This document shows positions 1 through 12,912 of a DNA stretch of 64,000 nt, piece after piece. Both the position numbers and the translations under genes were made by a program. Location: positions 682,001 through 746,000 of the forward strand of contig CM039001.1 in NCBI GenBank assembly GCA_017499595.2, given 5' to 3'. The notes under the pieces were generated by a model that was given only the letters and a program-made list of their open reading frames with translations, did no database searches and was not told the origin of the DNA. Position 1 is the stretch's first letter; each line of letters begins with the position of its first letter. The DNA comes from Psilocybe cubensis. Taxonomy: Eukaryota.

Positions 1-1082
1 TCTCATTATTGACGGAGGTCGTGGTTGCCAGTAAGTGTAGCTGGCATTGTGTGTTGAAAAATAAAAATCAACTCGTAGAGTTTTAATTATTATCAAATAA
101 GTACAGTAACAGACCGTGGATGCATGTGCCATCATTGCATATGCTCTCATGTTGCTCCCAAAGTCCAGAAAGATCGACTACTCGGGGCCCTGATCACGAT
201 CAATGAAAGATGTACCATCCATCTGGAGCAGAGTCACAGGAAATAATTGAAGCGGAGTCTCAATATTAGCCACGTGTCTGTAGGTTATCTCGTGACTTGG
301 TATTCCGAACTTCTCCCACCCGCAGGGATCCTCCCGCGATCCACCATTTTGAAGGCGAAAGGGTACACTTCTCAATTTCTGCTGATGCCGTTATATTTTA
401 TTAACTCTGAACCGAGGACTTAGAATTCTTTTTTTGGTCCCAGACTCACAAATCGCCCCTCTGTCAAAAAGATACTCCTGGAACGAGGCCACCAGTTCAA
501 CCGTCTTGGATGTCGCTTGACTTACACGCCACAATACGTTTCACTGATCCTCCCTTCGTGGCGTTGCGCCCGCCCCTAAGTACTGTTCAGGAACTCCGAG
601 AGGGTATTGGAAGGTCTCCGTACCACGGCGCCATACTGAATCTTACTGGTTGTTGGCAATTGCAATATTGTTCTGAAGTTCTGATTGAAGTCATGGTCGC
701 TTTGTACTCGCTGATCATGCGTTGACCCTTATAATCAGTGTGTTTTCCTGGAGCTATACTCTATTGAAATGAACGAACGCTGAATACTGAAAATCTTCGC
801 CATTGAGTCCCGTCTTTCCGGAGTTTTTGTTGGTCACCGTGCGAGTGGATACGATCAAGCTTTGCTCATATAATCTGGGTCCGACCCCGGATACCCTTCC
901 ATTGCATCTGGAAAGGAACAGTTCGACTCAGAAGGTCGGCAACCCGTCAGGGTATATGCTTCTTTTCTCCATCGCATCCTTGTGTCGTAACTAAAGATAA
1001 AGAGGCACCAGGTCATTCCCGGACCCTCTTGTGCTCAACTCCTCTTACCCTCAGCATCACGCTCCTTTGAACTGGAAGCATA

Positions 1083-3067
1083 ATGGTCGACGTCAGGCTA
1101 TCGTAAGTTCGCAAGCTATTCCTTCATCGTTGCCGATGGGTTGAAAGTATTTGTCTCGCATTATCTCACAGGTTCGGGCCTATGCTCATAGGCACCTTCT
1201 TCAATATGATTCTCTATGGGGTAGCTCCACAATTTCTTCTGTGATATGTGAGATACACACTTAGCACACTTTCTAGATTTTGATTGCTCAGGTCCGTTTC
1301 GTCTAAATGTTTCTTGAAGCAAGCTCACTTCTCGAAAGACTTACCACTACTACCTGACGTTCAAAAGGTAAATCACCGTTTCTCTATGCCTTCTTGAAGT
1401 CGACTAACAATCGTAAAGAGATGCACCATGGATCAGATATTTAGTTATGTATCTGTTTATTGTCGAAACGCTTAATACGGGCTTCAACATGGCTATGATG
1501 TACCAACCACTCATAGAGAAATTCGGTACGTAATTTTTTAACAACGGACGGGTCATCGCAAAGCTAAACGCCAATCTTGCAGGCCAAGAAGAAGCTACTA
1601 AATTTTTTCCAACATGTGAGGCATTGCTTGCTCTCTTTTCATACAAATATTCATTACATTAACCAGTATTTGCGGCTGGTACGAGGACCCAATGCTCCAT
1701 GATTCATATTCCGCTGATTGACTGTCCTCGATTCAGAGCCCATCATTATTGTGAGTATTTACGTATGCCGATGCTTTCAATTAATCTAATCGCTTCGCAG
1801 GTCGCGATATCCACGCCCATCCAAGTGTTTTTTGCATGGAGAATTAGACTCCTCACCAAACAAACAATATTACCTCTTATAATCGTTATCCTTGCTCTAG
1901 TTTCGACTGGTAAGAAGATCTTTTTTTGACAGTGAGTTTGAATGAATGTTCAAGCTGGTCGTAGGTGGCGGCACGTATACGACGGTTTTGATTGTCAAGA
2001 TTAAGCTTTTTGCCAGGAAACCAGAGCTTCATTGGCCTGCCCTAGTATGGTTTCTGTCGGCCTGTGTTGCTGATATCATGATTACAGCAGTACTGGTAAT
2101 ATCCTTGGTATGTCACTTTGCCGATTTCGAATGAACGAGGTTAAACACCACTTCAGTCGAAACGCAAAACAGGTTTTGTTGCGACAGATGACGCTGTTTC
2201 TAAGATTATCCGCAGTAAGTCTTCTTGCATCTCTGAAAATGACCTCTCTTACGAATCGCCATATTATAGTGACAGTTCAAACGGGAATGCTCACGTCAGT
2301 AGAGGGTTTTTGTACACCAATGCATCTCGATGTTCATTTTCATTGACAGGGCCTTTTTTGCCATCGGAGACGTTGTATTCTTCATGAGTAGGTTCCATCA
2401 CATTGTTCGTCTTATACCACAAGACTAAAGATACCTATCCTGCAGCTCTTGAAGTTAGTAACCCTGCTTTAACATGTACGGCGTAAAGTTAATCATCACT
2501 TGGATTTAAAACAGAAAACAGCTCTGTAAGTTCTTTCATAACTGCTCTCCATATCGTCGTACAACATTGTTGAATTTGGGGGGCAGTAATTTCTTGTGGG
2601 ATCTCTCTCTGACCAAGTTATACGCCAACTGTCTGCTTTCCTCCCTCAATGCCCGCGCCGAGCTTCAAGAGCTAGCTGCCTATCAATCCCAGCATAGGCA
2701 ACCATCATCGGGCGGAAATCGTCGTCACGTATGGCTAATTTCTACTTCGTCATTTTAACCCACTGATGCTCACATATTCACGTTACAGGACACAGGAATA
2801 GACGCTCCTGCGGTAATCTAACACTTCTAGAACGTTTCTTCCGATCAACTGATAACTTGTATTCTCTAGCATATATTGACCTCGTCGATGTATGAGCTTG
2901 ATACTCATAAAGCTTATGATAGAGGACGTGAAGTTGAATACGGTGTTACTATCACCAAGGTATTACTTTTATCTTCTTAATGCCTTGCAACCAAGTAATG
3001 TTCCTTTCAGATTGTCGAGACCCGAAAAGACCCTCATTCGCCTGAAACTACCGAAACTACGCAGTAG
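1083..3067 (+). CDS. Multi-pass membrane protein of the agaric DUF6534-like family, about 19 exons including several microexons
   Basis: GT-AG splicing by eye gives MVDVRLSFGPMLIGTFFNMILYG...VAISTPIQVFFAWRI...WFLSACVADIMITAVLVISLSKRKTGF...TVQTGMLT...LTKLYANCLLSSLNAR. The GPMLIG, QxFFAWRI, DxxITxxL and KLYANxLLxxLNAR motifs are typical of this family. Confidence 0.75.
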
Positions 3068-4594
3068 ATGCACATTCCTTTTCACTATCGGGTTTCTCGA
3101 CGTCTCGTCTGTATTTTGACCAGAGTTTGTATTGTTCAGGCCGTTTTGTTCTAGTAGGGTATGTTGCTACAGTACTACATACGGAATCTATCAACTATTG
3201 GACTTCATGAAATTTGCTGAAACAAATGGGGTACTTTTCTTTGGTTGCCCTTGACCTTAGGGAAGCCGTTTAACTCGATCGGCAAGAACTCGGCGACGTC
3301 TAGCGGTGTGGGTTTTGATGCAACTGCTCTCACACATGGAATGACTGCTTCTTGATGGTCTTGTTCTCCGACAAAGCCGTAGAAAGGTTCTGGGCGTACC
3401 CAAATCTTTCAATGTTGGATACAACCGAAGCGATATCGGCCATGGATGGACCCCGGGCCCCTCCTGAAACCTAAACCCAACTGTAACCTCTCCGCTGAAG
3501 AATTATTGACTGCACTCTAAGTTGGTGCAATTCGCATTTTTGATCTTCAGTTTCTCCTCCCAGGTACTCTTACTCTACTGTTGATATTCCTCTTATCCAG
3601 TTCGTTTTCAATTCAATTGACAATATAGATGGGATGATTTTCGGAACGGAGTATCCAGTCGTATTCAGGATGGAGATATACGGAGTGACTGAACGAACTC
3701 AATCATCTGAGTCGCATCCTTCCACAGGATAAATAAGCTTCACGTATGTCGCGTCGCTTCCTGAGAGCCATTCAATCATCTACGTTTATGTCAGAATGGC
3801 AATAGATTCAGTAACAATCATCCAACCAGAGAGTCGGATCATAGTGGAGACGGTCGTCTAATAGGCTGTCTAGTTGTTTCTGATTGATATGCTTGCTATC
3901 CAGGCCATGAGCTCTGCTTTCCAACGCGGTCATCGTGCTGCATCGTTCTCTTCTTCAGCGCAGTTTGGAGTGTGGAGTGACCACGTTAATTTGTTGTCTA
4001 TGTTGCAAACGTATTCATAGAAACTCTCAAGTCCGTCGGCTATTCCAGGGCACATCTGAGAATATTAGGATGCTTAAGTAACGTTATTCTCACCCAACGT
4101 CCAGACTTTACATAGCTCATAACAACAGGGCGCTACTCACGGCCAGCATTCAGTCACGGATGAGTGAATTATAATAAAAATTTGGAGAGACGGTATGAAT
4201 GTGCTGTCTTGATTAAACAATTGAAAAAAAAAACTTGCAGCCGTATCTCAGCCACATGATACTGGTTCCTCGATAATTTTCATTGAAATGATGCACAGTT
4301 TAAATGGTGTATTCAGAAGTAGCCATTCCGAAATATCCGCATATATCAGTTTTTTGAAGAGATGACCTTCACATCAGAAGCGTGATGGAACCGCGTAGTA
4401 GCCGACTAAACGTGCCTGAAGAGTTCTGGAGAGTGAGTGGAGACTTTTTTGGCGGTTATGGTTCTCTTGCCTGTACATGCGCCATCACTAAGAAGCAACG
4501 AACCACTAATTCCAATCCCTTATATTCGAATGCTTTGCAGTAGTCAAGATTTTACCCATTCCTCTTTGCTACCCACCACCCCATTGGCTTGGTC

Positions 4595-6548
4595 ATGGAC
4601 AGGACATCCTCTCGCACGTCTGGTGATCCTGAAAAACATGAATCAAGTATCAGTGAAGCCAGTGCATCTGCGAATCCTTCACCTGCCCTTCTGTTGGATC
4701 CCGCCATGCAGAAAAAAGTCTGGCGTAAAATGGACCTGTGGATCATTCCCGTGGTGACCATGTTTTACCTCCTGTCATTTTTGGTGAGGTAGAGATCCTC
4801 ACGTTGTTACGATCTTCATGACTGACAGCGTCTTGACAGGATCGCTCAAACATTGGAAACGCCCGAGTGGCGGGTCTCCAGAAAGATCTTCATATGACCA
4901 ACAAGCAATACAGTATAGCTCTAACTGTTACATATGTTCCTTATATTGCGGCAGAGCTTCCATCGAATCTTGTCCTTAAGGTAAGACGTGCGTTGCTATA
5001 CTCATACTTGGCTGTGTTTTTATGTTGATACAGATCGTCGGGCCAAATTGGCTGTTGCCAACGATGCTAACCCTCTGGGGTATTGTTACTGCGCTGCAAG
5101 GTTTGCTGGCACCTCTATAGGCGCTTATCTCATGTGTCTAATTACCTGTCCTAGGTGTTGTCACCACATACGAGGGACTGTTGGCATGTCGATTTTTCCT
5201 TGGTCTTTTTGAGGGTGAATTTTTACTTTATATCATTGAAGATGACTTCTAAAATCTAACAGGTGGTGTCTTCCCTGGCCTGGTGCTTTATTTATCGTTT
5301 TTCTATCCTCGATTGATGCTTCAGTGGCGGTAAGCCGTCATTTTTGTGCGCCACGCGTTAATCTAAAAATAGATTTGGTGGTTAGTGTGTCGGCCTTTTT
5401 CTCCGCCGCCTCGATTTCAGGTGCTTTCTCCGGGTTGCTGGCATATGGAATCGTTAACATGGATGGTGTGGGAGGTCGGAGAGGATGGGAGTGGATTTTT
5501 ATCTTGGAAGGTGTATTCACCGTCGCATTTGGCCTTGTTTCTTTCTTCCTTCTCCCAAGGTCTCCAGCTCATGCTCACTTCCTAACGAAAGAAGAGAAGG
5601 AATACGTTCATGCAGTACTAAAAGAAGATGGTGCCACCGGAAAGAGTGAAGCGGATGACAACCACAGCTGGACGGAAGTTATAAAGGCCTTCAAACTTCC
5701 ACAGGTCTGGATCTTGTCTGTTACGCTATTCTTCGATGGTGAGTTATTAGTTAAATGCTCCTGTATCACAACTGATTGGTGGTATAGGAACGATCTTATT
5801 TGGCCTTGCATAGTAAGTGATTATATTACTATCAATCCCCATAAGCTCATGCCTTGTTCAGTTTTGCCCCTTCAATCGTCCAAGGTCTCGGCTATACCGC
5901 GAATAGGGCACAACTAATGACTGTCCCTCCATTTGCTGTAGCATTCGGTCGTAAGTCTGGAAATTATCTCAGTTACTTTTCCTTTGACGAATGCTTTTCA
6001 GTGGCCATGGTTGGTGCATACGTATCCGATCGCTACCGATGCCGAGGCTATATTACCATGTTCGGTTCTTTGTTATGTGTCATTGGGTTTGCGATGTTTC
6101 TGGGTAAGTATCAAGTTTCTTTTTACTTCTATTGTTTGATCTATAACCTACTCCAGGATCTAACCGACAGAGAGTTCGATACGGCTCCTTGTTCTTTTCC
6201 ATCCCAGGAACATATCTGGTTGCTCCTACCCTATCTACTTGGAATGCCAATAACGCTGCCCCTTATACGCGCCGAGCCACGGCCATTGCAATCGGTTTTA
6301 TTTTCACCAATTCTGGAGGTATTCTCGCTACGTGGCTCTTGGGAAATCTTTCTCCAGGACCTGCTTACAAACTTGCAACGAGAGTCCTCCTGTCGTTCTC
6401 TGCCCTTATGGTCGCCACCGCTGCTCTCAACACATGGTATTTGTGGAATGAGAACAAAAAGAAGGCTGTTATTAGGGGGAAAATAACAAGAGATCAAGAG
6501 AAGCCTGGTCTTGGTGACAGATCTGCATGGTTTGAGTACGCACTGTAG
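4595..6548 (+). CDS. MFS transporter, anion:cation symporter (Dal5/Tna1-like) family, multi-exon
   Basis: Motifs RKMDLWIIP...FLDRSNIGNARVAGL, ELPSNL, SGAFSGLLAYGI, GWEWIFILEG, AQLMTVPP, SDRYRCRG and WNANN...RRATAIA; exons joined by GT-AG introns. Confidence 0.9.
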
Positions 6549-7119
6549 TGAGGTCGGTGCTCTTAGAGCCACGCTTACGACCTTTATCCTTATGAACTAA
6601 TTGCCCTTTACGCCTCCTGTATGCCTCTTATTTTCAAAGACGAAACTATTGTAATCTTTTAACTATACCCTCCTTGGAAATTTAATATCTTTACCTTTGT
6701 CTATATCTAGTAGCACTAAAACTCAAAATACATATCGTTGCTTCTGAATGATGACTATAATGTGAGAGTGATACTGTAGATCACTTGGGTCAAATGGTCT
6801 GCTAAAAAAAGGCTGCACATTCGCCATTACGGGCATCTCCAACCTTTAAGTCTTTGATGTATTCTGTCAAAGTTAATACCATGCGGCAGTGATACTGATT
6901 CATATCAAGGCACCTATGGAAATTCAGCAGGATTTAGTTTTATTAAGCTTTTCAATCAGTAAGAGGTTTCAATTAATAGCATAAAGCTTGTCATTAAATA
7001 CCACAACTGAAATGAATGACGAACAAATATATTAATGTTACCCCTCAACTCTCGCTATATAATCCAAACGACACCATTGAATGTTTACGTGTTATACGAC
7101 TCCGTGATACAGCTTGATA

Positions 7120-7499
7120 TTATTTATAACAGTAAACATCGTTGTTGGTCCTGTAGCGTAGTTTTGTGGGGTCGAAGATATCTTTCTCACAGCAAGCAAG
7201 GGTACTCCTGCTCGAGGGGCAGACGCCTCCAGATTGTTGAGCCAATGTCTGACCTAAAATCCAAGTACAATTAGATCGATGCGCAATGTGGATAAAAATA
7301 ATGACTCACATCCTATGCTCAGTCCAGGGCTCACGCTTGGGTAAACGGAGTAGATCAAGACCTTGCAACAAGACGGTGTATAATTTGTACTGCATGTGAT
7401 GCGTCGCTCGAGTTCTTGCGTAACCGGGCTGGCAGTGACCATCATCGATGAGATGAGGCCTATTAGGATAAGAGGGAACGGATTTGGAGTAGCAAACAT
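7120..7499 (-). CDS. Secreted 8-Cys hydrophobin-like prepro-protein, paralog 1 (107 aa; exons 7499-7310, 7253-7120)
   Basis: Signal peptide, then SPVTQELERR|ITCSTNYTPSCCKVLIYSVYPSVSPGLSIGCQTLAQQSGGVCPSSRSTLACCEKDIFDPTKLRYRTNNDVYCYK*. A GT-AG intron splits the Cys4 codon. Confidence 0.85.
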
Positions 7500-8032
7500 A
7501 GTACTGGTGAGTCGTTGAATGAAGGCAGCCGGATGTGTAGAAGAGGTCACTTAAATACCTTTCCCAATTACGGGCCGGGAGACAGTTCATGTATCGGTCA
7601 TTGATCTTGGCTTGATTTCGTTTACGTATTCCGTTTTTAAGGGACCATCCTCAGGTACGCATGATGCTTACCACTTGTAATAATTCCAGAGGGATACATA
7701 TGTACTAATGCATGTCTTGAAAGCTGATTTAATTGAACACCGACGAGCGAGAAGCGCTGTAGCGTCAGGGTTATTCGGAGTTAATATCTCTGATAAATTC
7801 AAAAGCATTCCATAGAGATAATGTCAATTACGAAGGCTAACAGCATAACATATTCCCTCGACCTTTCCAGTTCCGGTGGGCGTATTGGTACATTATACTC
7901 CCGGAGGAACGGAAAATTCTTATTACGACCCATAACAATAGACCTGGTTGTTTGGTTGGCGATAGTATAATTGACCGTCATTGAAAACATGTTCTTCACA
8001 GCAGCCAGATGCACGGGCACGGGCAACAAGAA

Positions 8033-8422
8033 ATGTCAGTGCATGTCAGTGCATGTAAGTGCACGTCGGCACTGACATGCGCTGACAATATAATGTCTAT
8101 GCACTGACATGCACTGACATCACTTAGGATTTGTGAAAAAGTTGAAGTCTGTACTTATATAAAATGAAACTGTGTTCAGTGCAGGATTACTTAGACGGAT
8201 TTTGAATGTATTATAAGTGTCTAGAAATCTACTATCCTCCTAGAATTATCTCTATACTGAATACCAAGAGTTGATGCACTGACACATGCACTGACCGCCA
8301 AGCAATTGCACTGACTTTGCACTGACATGCACTGACGGTGCACTTACATGCACTGACGGTGCACTCACATGCACTGACATACACTGACCTTCATTAATGG
8401 TGCACTGACGATGCACTGACAT
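8033..8422. repeat. Left subterminal array of the ~10-bp GCACTGACAT unit, in both orientations
   Basis: ATGTCAGTGC copies at 8033-8063, then many GCACTGAC(AT/GG) copies up to about 8422. Confidence 0.85.
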
Positions 8423-8966
8423 AGTTTTTACCTTATAATCATGTTATCTTTTATTTCAAATGAAGAACACAATTTTAGGTAAGTAGACTGTATGAGTTTC
8501 CTCTGGTCCATCAGCTGTTCCCAAGACCCGCTTGACTAGGGTGCTTCAATGGGACTTTGTAATTCCCTTTCCCTTTCAGCTGTGACATGGGGACATCGAA
8601 ATACTTACTAGAAATCCGCACCCCAAGCCAAGGCCAATACCAAAGCATTGTTGCGCCTGCAGCCAAGGATGATCCCAAATCATTGTCAAACAGGATCAGT
8701 TATACACTGGAATACTCTGAGGCGCCTATTTAATGATTCCAATACAATTCATTCATTCTTCCCACATCTATGCTTGATTTAGTACACCAGATTGTTACTT
8801 GAAAATGTAGAGAATATATATTTACTTCTATATCTTGTTATTTAGCTATGCCTGACCCAGAAACTCCGAGACCGTATGCTTTAATCATCCCCAAGTTAAC
8901 TTTCTCACGGCCCCAATTTAACAAGTTCAAATTTTGCCACCACACCATCACGATGAACTAACCAAT

Positions 8967-9142
8967 GCACTAACATAACCCTGCATGCACAGGCATGTAC
9001 TGACACACCATGACCAACTTATAGATTATTGGAAACATGCACTGACATTGCACTGACATCACTGCAGTCTGCACTGACATTGCACTGACATTACTGTGGT
9101 ATGCACTGACATGCACTGACCGCACTGACATTGCACTGACAT
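8967..9142. repeat. Right subterminal array of the GCACTGACAT unit
   Basis: Repeated (T)GCACTGACAT(T) units at 9039-9142, with degenerate copies from about 8967. Confidence 0.85.
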
Positions 9143-10365
9143 TTTCCAGTGCCCCACGGGCACCCGTGGGGCAGACGCCTGAAGGCTGCGACGCCAAGGT
9201 GATGCCTATGGTGTTAACGACTGTGTGAGAGCCAATAATGCAACATAAATCGGGTACTTACACCCTGAGCTGAGTCCAGGAGACACGGATGGCCATGAGG
9301 TCCACTGCATGAAGCTACAACAAGCGGGTATGAAATTATATCTGCAGGTGACGCGTGTATCGAGTTCTGGCGCAGGCACCGGATTGGCTATGACTAACGA
9401 AGCCGCAAGAACAGTAAAGAGGTAATAGTTTGAGGTATTGAGGCGCATTCTCTGAAGATTGGAGAACTTGTAGGATATCTTCAAACATTTCTGCTTAAAT
9501 AGTGCTACTCCCCGTCAAATGTTTAATAGCATATGTCTCGATGAAATGACTATTGTTATTCCCGAGTATCTGTTGTTGAGAAAATAGCGAGATGTGAGAT
9601 GCCTAATGATCATCGGCTAGATTCTTACCATGGGACTCGAAAAAAGGTTGACAGCAAATATGACTGATAGGGCGTCTAATTTTTACCCCGACATCACTCA
9701 CTGTACTTACAATGCCAAGCTAACTACTTATTCAAATAAGTGAATCTAGAATATCTTTTATTCAAGCGCTAAGATATTCATTTCGTTGATAATAAAGAGC
9801 CTGGAGGCACATAAGGTCCAGAAAATACTTGTCGGCGTCACTCTGTTTTGTTGTCAGCTTGTTGTTGGCAGATGATAGTCGGCAAACGCTTTCCAGCTGT
9901 TTTCCGATAGTCAGTCTTAAGCTTGCTTGGCAAAAGTGTGCACTCTGCATTTGATAAGAAAACTGCAATAGCGCGCATGTCCAGGGACACAATGCGAAAA
10001 AGATGCTTCCACAGCCTTGCGCCGAACATTACAGCGCGCCTCTTTCCCATTCTAAAAGACCGGAAGTTGTGAATCAATGATCCGTTCTGTCAACATGACT
10101 GTGAAGGTATGTATGAGATGCAGGCGCTTGTAGGTAGAAAAAGCACGGAACCGTTTCTAGCTTCAGGTTTGCAATCAGAATTTAGTACGCCAAAAAGGTC
10201 ACGAAAAACCAAATCATGCCGATGGATTCAATTTGACGAAGGAATGTGAGACGTGGTTCCACAGATTCTACAATATCTACTCGTCGACATTTACATTACG
10301 TGACCGCCTCCTCTGCTATCTCCTACATCATTGTGGTTTAAGGTTGCAATGACGGAGATGATTAA

Positions 10366-10754
10366 CTACGTTCCATAGCAGTAGACCTGGTTGTTTGGTG
10401 GTTGATAATACAGTTGGCCATCATTGAAGATGTGTTCTCGACAACATCCTAATACACGGGCACCGGAAGGGCAAACACCTCCCGGATGCGACGCTAACGG
10501 CGTGCCTAACCAAAATTGTAGATTGTGAGTATGTATCCGTGTGCTATGAAGCGGAAATACTTACATCCAGAACTTAGCCCAGGTACTATGCTTGGCCATG
10601 ATGTCCATGTCATAAAGGAGCAACAGGCCGGTATGTAGTTCAACCAACAATCAACGCGTTTATCGAGTTCGGGAGCGGGCACAGGGTTGGCGCCGACGAA
10701 CGATGCGACGAGGGTTGAAACAGCGAAGTAGTAATTGATGTTATTAACGCGCAT
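10366..10754 (-). CDS. Secreted 8-Cys hydrophobin-like prepro-protein, paralog 3 (109 aa; exons 10754-10565, 10505-10366)
   Basis: MRVNNINYYFAVSTLVASFVGANPVPAPELDKR|VDCWLNYIPACCSFMTWTSWPSIVPGLSSGCTPLASHPGGVCPSGARVLGCCREHIFNDGQLYYQPPNNQVYCYGT*. Confidence 0.88.
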
Positions 10755-10790
10755 AACGAAAAAGAAGCTGGGCTTCCAAAAAACTTGCAA

Positions 10791-11107
10791 GATTCAACGC
10801 TCTTTAAGAAGTGATGCTCTCTTGTTCCAATACAAAGGCAGGAACGTCTGGTGACCGTGGGCTAGATTTTTATCTTGACAGCTCGACGATTGGTTAAGAT
10901 CATACACAGACTGCCCCTCACCCTGATACGGCGGTATTCGAAGACCTAGTTGTATGTCTAAGAATATGGAAGCGCCCCGATACCACCAATGTCACCTTTC
11001 CTTGTAGGCGAGGCTTGGGCTTGGTTGGAATACAATTCAAGGCACATAGTGAAGGGTTGTGCCCAAATAAATCCATGTTCTAGCGCTCAATTAAACGCCT
11101 GGCCAAG
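10791..11107 (-). promoter_or_regulatory. Upstream region of paralog 3, homologous to the upstream region of paralog 4 (12951-13357)
   Basis: Shared blocks GTCTGGTGACCGTGG(G)CTAGATT(T/C)TTATCTTGACAGCTC (10846-10884 vs 13006-13043) and CTAGCGCTCAATTAAAC (11080-11096 vs 13331-13347). Confidence 0.6.
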
Positions 11108-12504
11108 TTAACGAGGCGCGAAAGTGGTTTGCGGAGTGCTCTTGACTGCAGTCGTGAGAACCATTAACAAAGGTCGGGAATTCACTAAAAAGAAAAAAGA
11201 CGAGTGGTTTCCGGCTACATTCCGATTGCAGTGCAAAACCAACGAAATCGTACAGGATCATAATGGCATGCGGGATTTCGCATGGAGTGAGAGAAGGTCG
11301 AATTCCGTTCAGTCTACCAACATATCCTTGGCAGGGGAACTGTACGAAAGCATGACCTGCCTCGTTCCCACTCGCAGCCACCGCTTGATCAGGTGCATTA
11401 GAAGGCAAAGCTTACAAGACTAATGGATGCGTGCGACCGATAATTTCCAGCCCAGTCGAACAGTCTGGTGACAGAGCAAGATATGGCCAAGATAAAGTCT
11501 ACGCATACACACTCAGGTAACGAGGAAAAGATACCCCAATCGAGGAGAACCAGAGTTCGTAGGTTTTTGGTTCTGGAGAAATGCAAGTCCCCGTAGACAC
11601 GCCGATCCGCATCAATGAGAATCATCCATCTTCATGATACCGAACTCGGCGTCGGGTTTACTTGATATGATTATGTGCAGGGTACGTATATGCTGCCTGG
11701 AGTAAGCCCAACCGCGATTTTCGCGCCGCTCAACCGAGTACTTTCTGAGCAATGGCTGGGAAGTAAGGCAAGCGAGAATGGAGCACCGTTACAGCGATTT
11801 GCGCCGAGACTATTAGACCCCATTCCTGACTGAGGTACTTTCATTCCACATGTTTGTAAGAATGCACTTGCCTGATAACCAATTCTTGTTGTTTTGCTAT
11901 AGCTCCTTTTCGTGTACCCCTACAGCGTCATCGTGATGACCACACTAGCCATGACTTGTTCCGCATCGTTGATTTGAGTTTTTTTTACTTTCCACAGGGA
12001 AGTTGAAGCGGTAATTGAGGAAATGGGGCGAATAGATACATGAGCTAGAGGTTCGAGAACGCCGACACTGCAAAACGGGACCGTACGTCGTGGGACGTCG
12101 GATCATCGGATGGCGCCGGGCGGGAGTCGGAGTTTAAAATCACTCGGCAAGTCCCTAAATCTCAAATTTGCCTGCTAAAGCTTTGCTTCGTATATTACAA
12201 CTTGAATGAGCATGGTGCGATTGAAAAAACCCGCTCTAATTATAATGAAGGGCACAAAAATACGCTGTGATAGACACGAAGAGGCACCTAGCTGCGTTTA
12301 ACTCTCAAGAAGGGCTATAACAAACCACTAGTAACTTAAGATTCTCATCATGAAATATCAGACCGTTCTCAAGGTCGCCTCAATTTGAAAGATAAACATA
12401 CGACGTGGATACACATGAGTCAACGTAGCCACTGGATTATATCATAGTGTGATCGATCTTCCCCCCAATATAGGCTCCAAGATTACAATGACTAAACACA
12501 TTAA

Positions 12505-12912
12505 CTATGGTTTATAGCAGTACACCTGGTTGTTTGGCGGGCGATAGTATAGTTGACCATCATTGAAGGTTGCTTCTTGACAGCAGCCTAAAACGAGGAC
12601 TCCAACAGGACAAACACCATTAGGCTGCGCTGTCAATGGCGTGCCTATTCAGTCGTAGCAGCCTTTGAGTATATTTCTGTGTGTGTGTATGATCAGAATA
12701 TAAGACTTACAGCCTGAACTTAAGCCAGGGACTATGGTTGGCCACGATGTCCATGTCATGTAGGAGCAGCATGCCTCTATGTAATTCAACCCGCACTTGA
12801 GGCGTTTTTCGAGTTGGTGAGTGGGCTCTGGGGCGGGCACGGGGTTGGCGCCGACTAATGATGCGAAGAGGGTTGAAACGGTGAAGAAATGTTTGACGTT
12901 TCTAAGGCGCAT
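12505..12912 (-). CDS. Secreted 8-Cys hydrophobin-like prepro-protein, paralog 4 (113 aa; exons 12912-12711, 12644-12505)
   Basis: ...ANPVPAPEPTHQLEKR|LKCGLNYIEACCSYMTWTSWPTIVPGLSSGCTPLTAQPNGVCPVGVLVLGCCQEATFNDGQLYYRPPNNQVYCYKP*. Confidence 0.88.

Larger units (their letters stand above)
8021..9154. mobile_element. Non-autonomous TIR DNA transposon (Mutator/MULE-like), 1134 bp, 9-bp TSD
   Basis: TSD CACGGGCAC at 8012-8020 and 9155-9163. Imperfect TIRs GGGCAACAAGAAATGTCAGTGCA and (reverse complement) GGGCACTGGAAAATGTCAGTGCA. Subterminal arrays of GCACTGACAT. No transposase ORF. Confidence 0.88.
7923..9448 (-). pseudogene. Hydrophobin-like paralog 2, exon 2 interrupted by a transposon (108 aa if the insertion is removed)
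   Basis: Exon 1 is 9448-9262. Exon 2 starts at 9205, breaks after ...VCPTGAR and resumes at 8011 as ASGCCEEHVFNDGQLYYRQPNNQVYCYGS*. Removing 8021-9154 plus one TSD restores a 140-nt exon, the same length as in paralogs 3, 4 and 6. Confidence 0.88.

Noticed and set aside
8033-9142. GCACTGACAT repeat arrays as a CRISPR-like array
   Set aside because: The genome is eukaryotic, the units are 10 bp without unique spacers, and they are explained as transposon subterminal repeats.
11091-11760. Possible F-box/LRR-like gene remnant between paralogs 3 and 4 (HFSRTKNLRTLVL)
   Set aside because: Too short and degenerate to support without a search.
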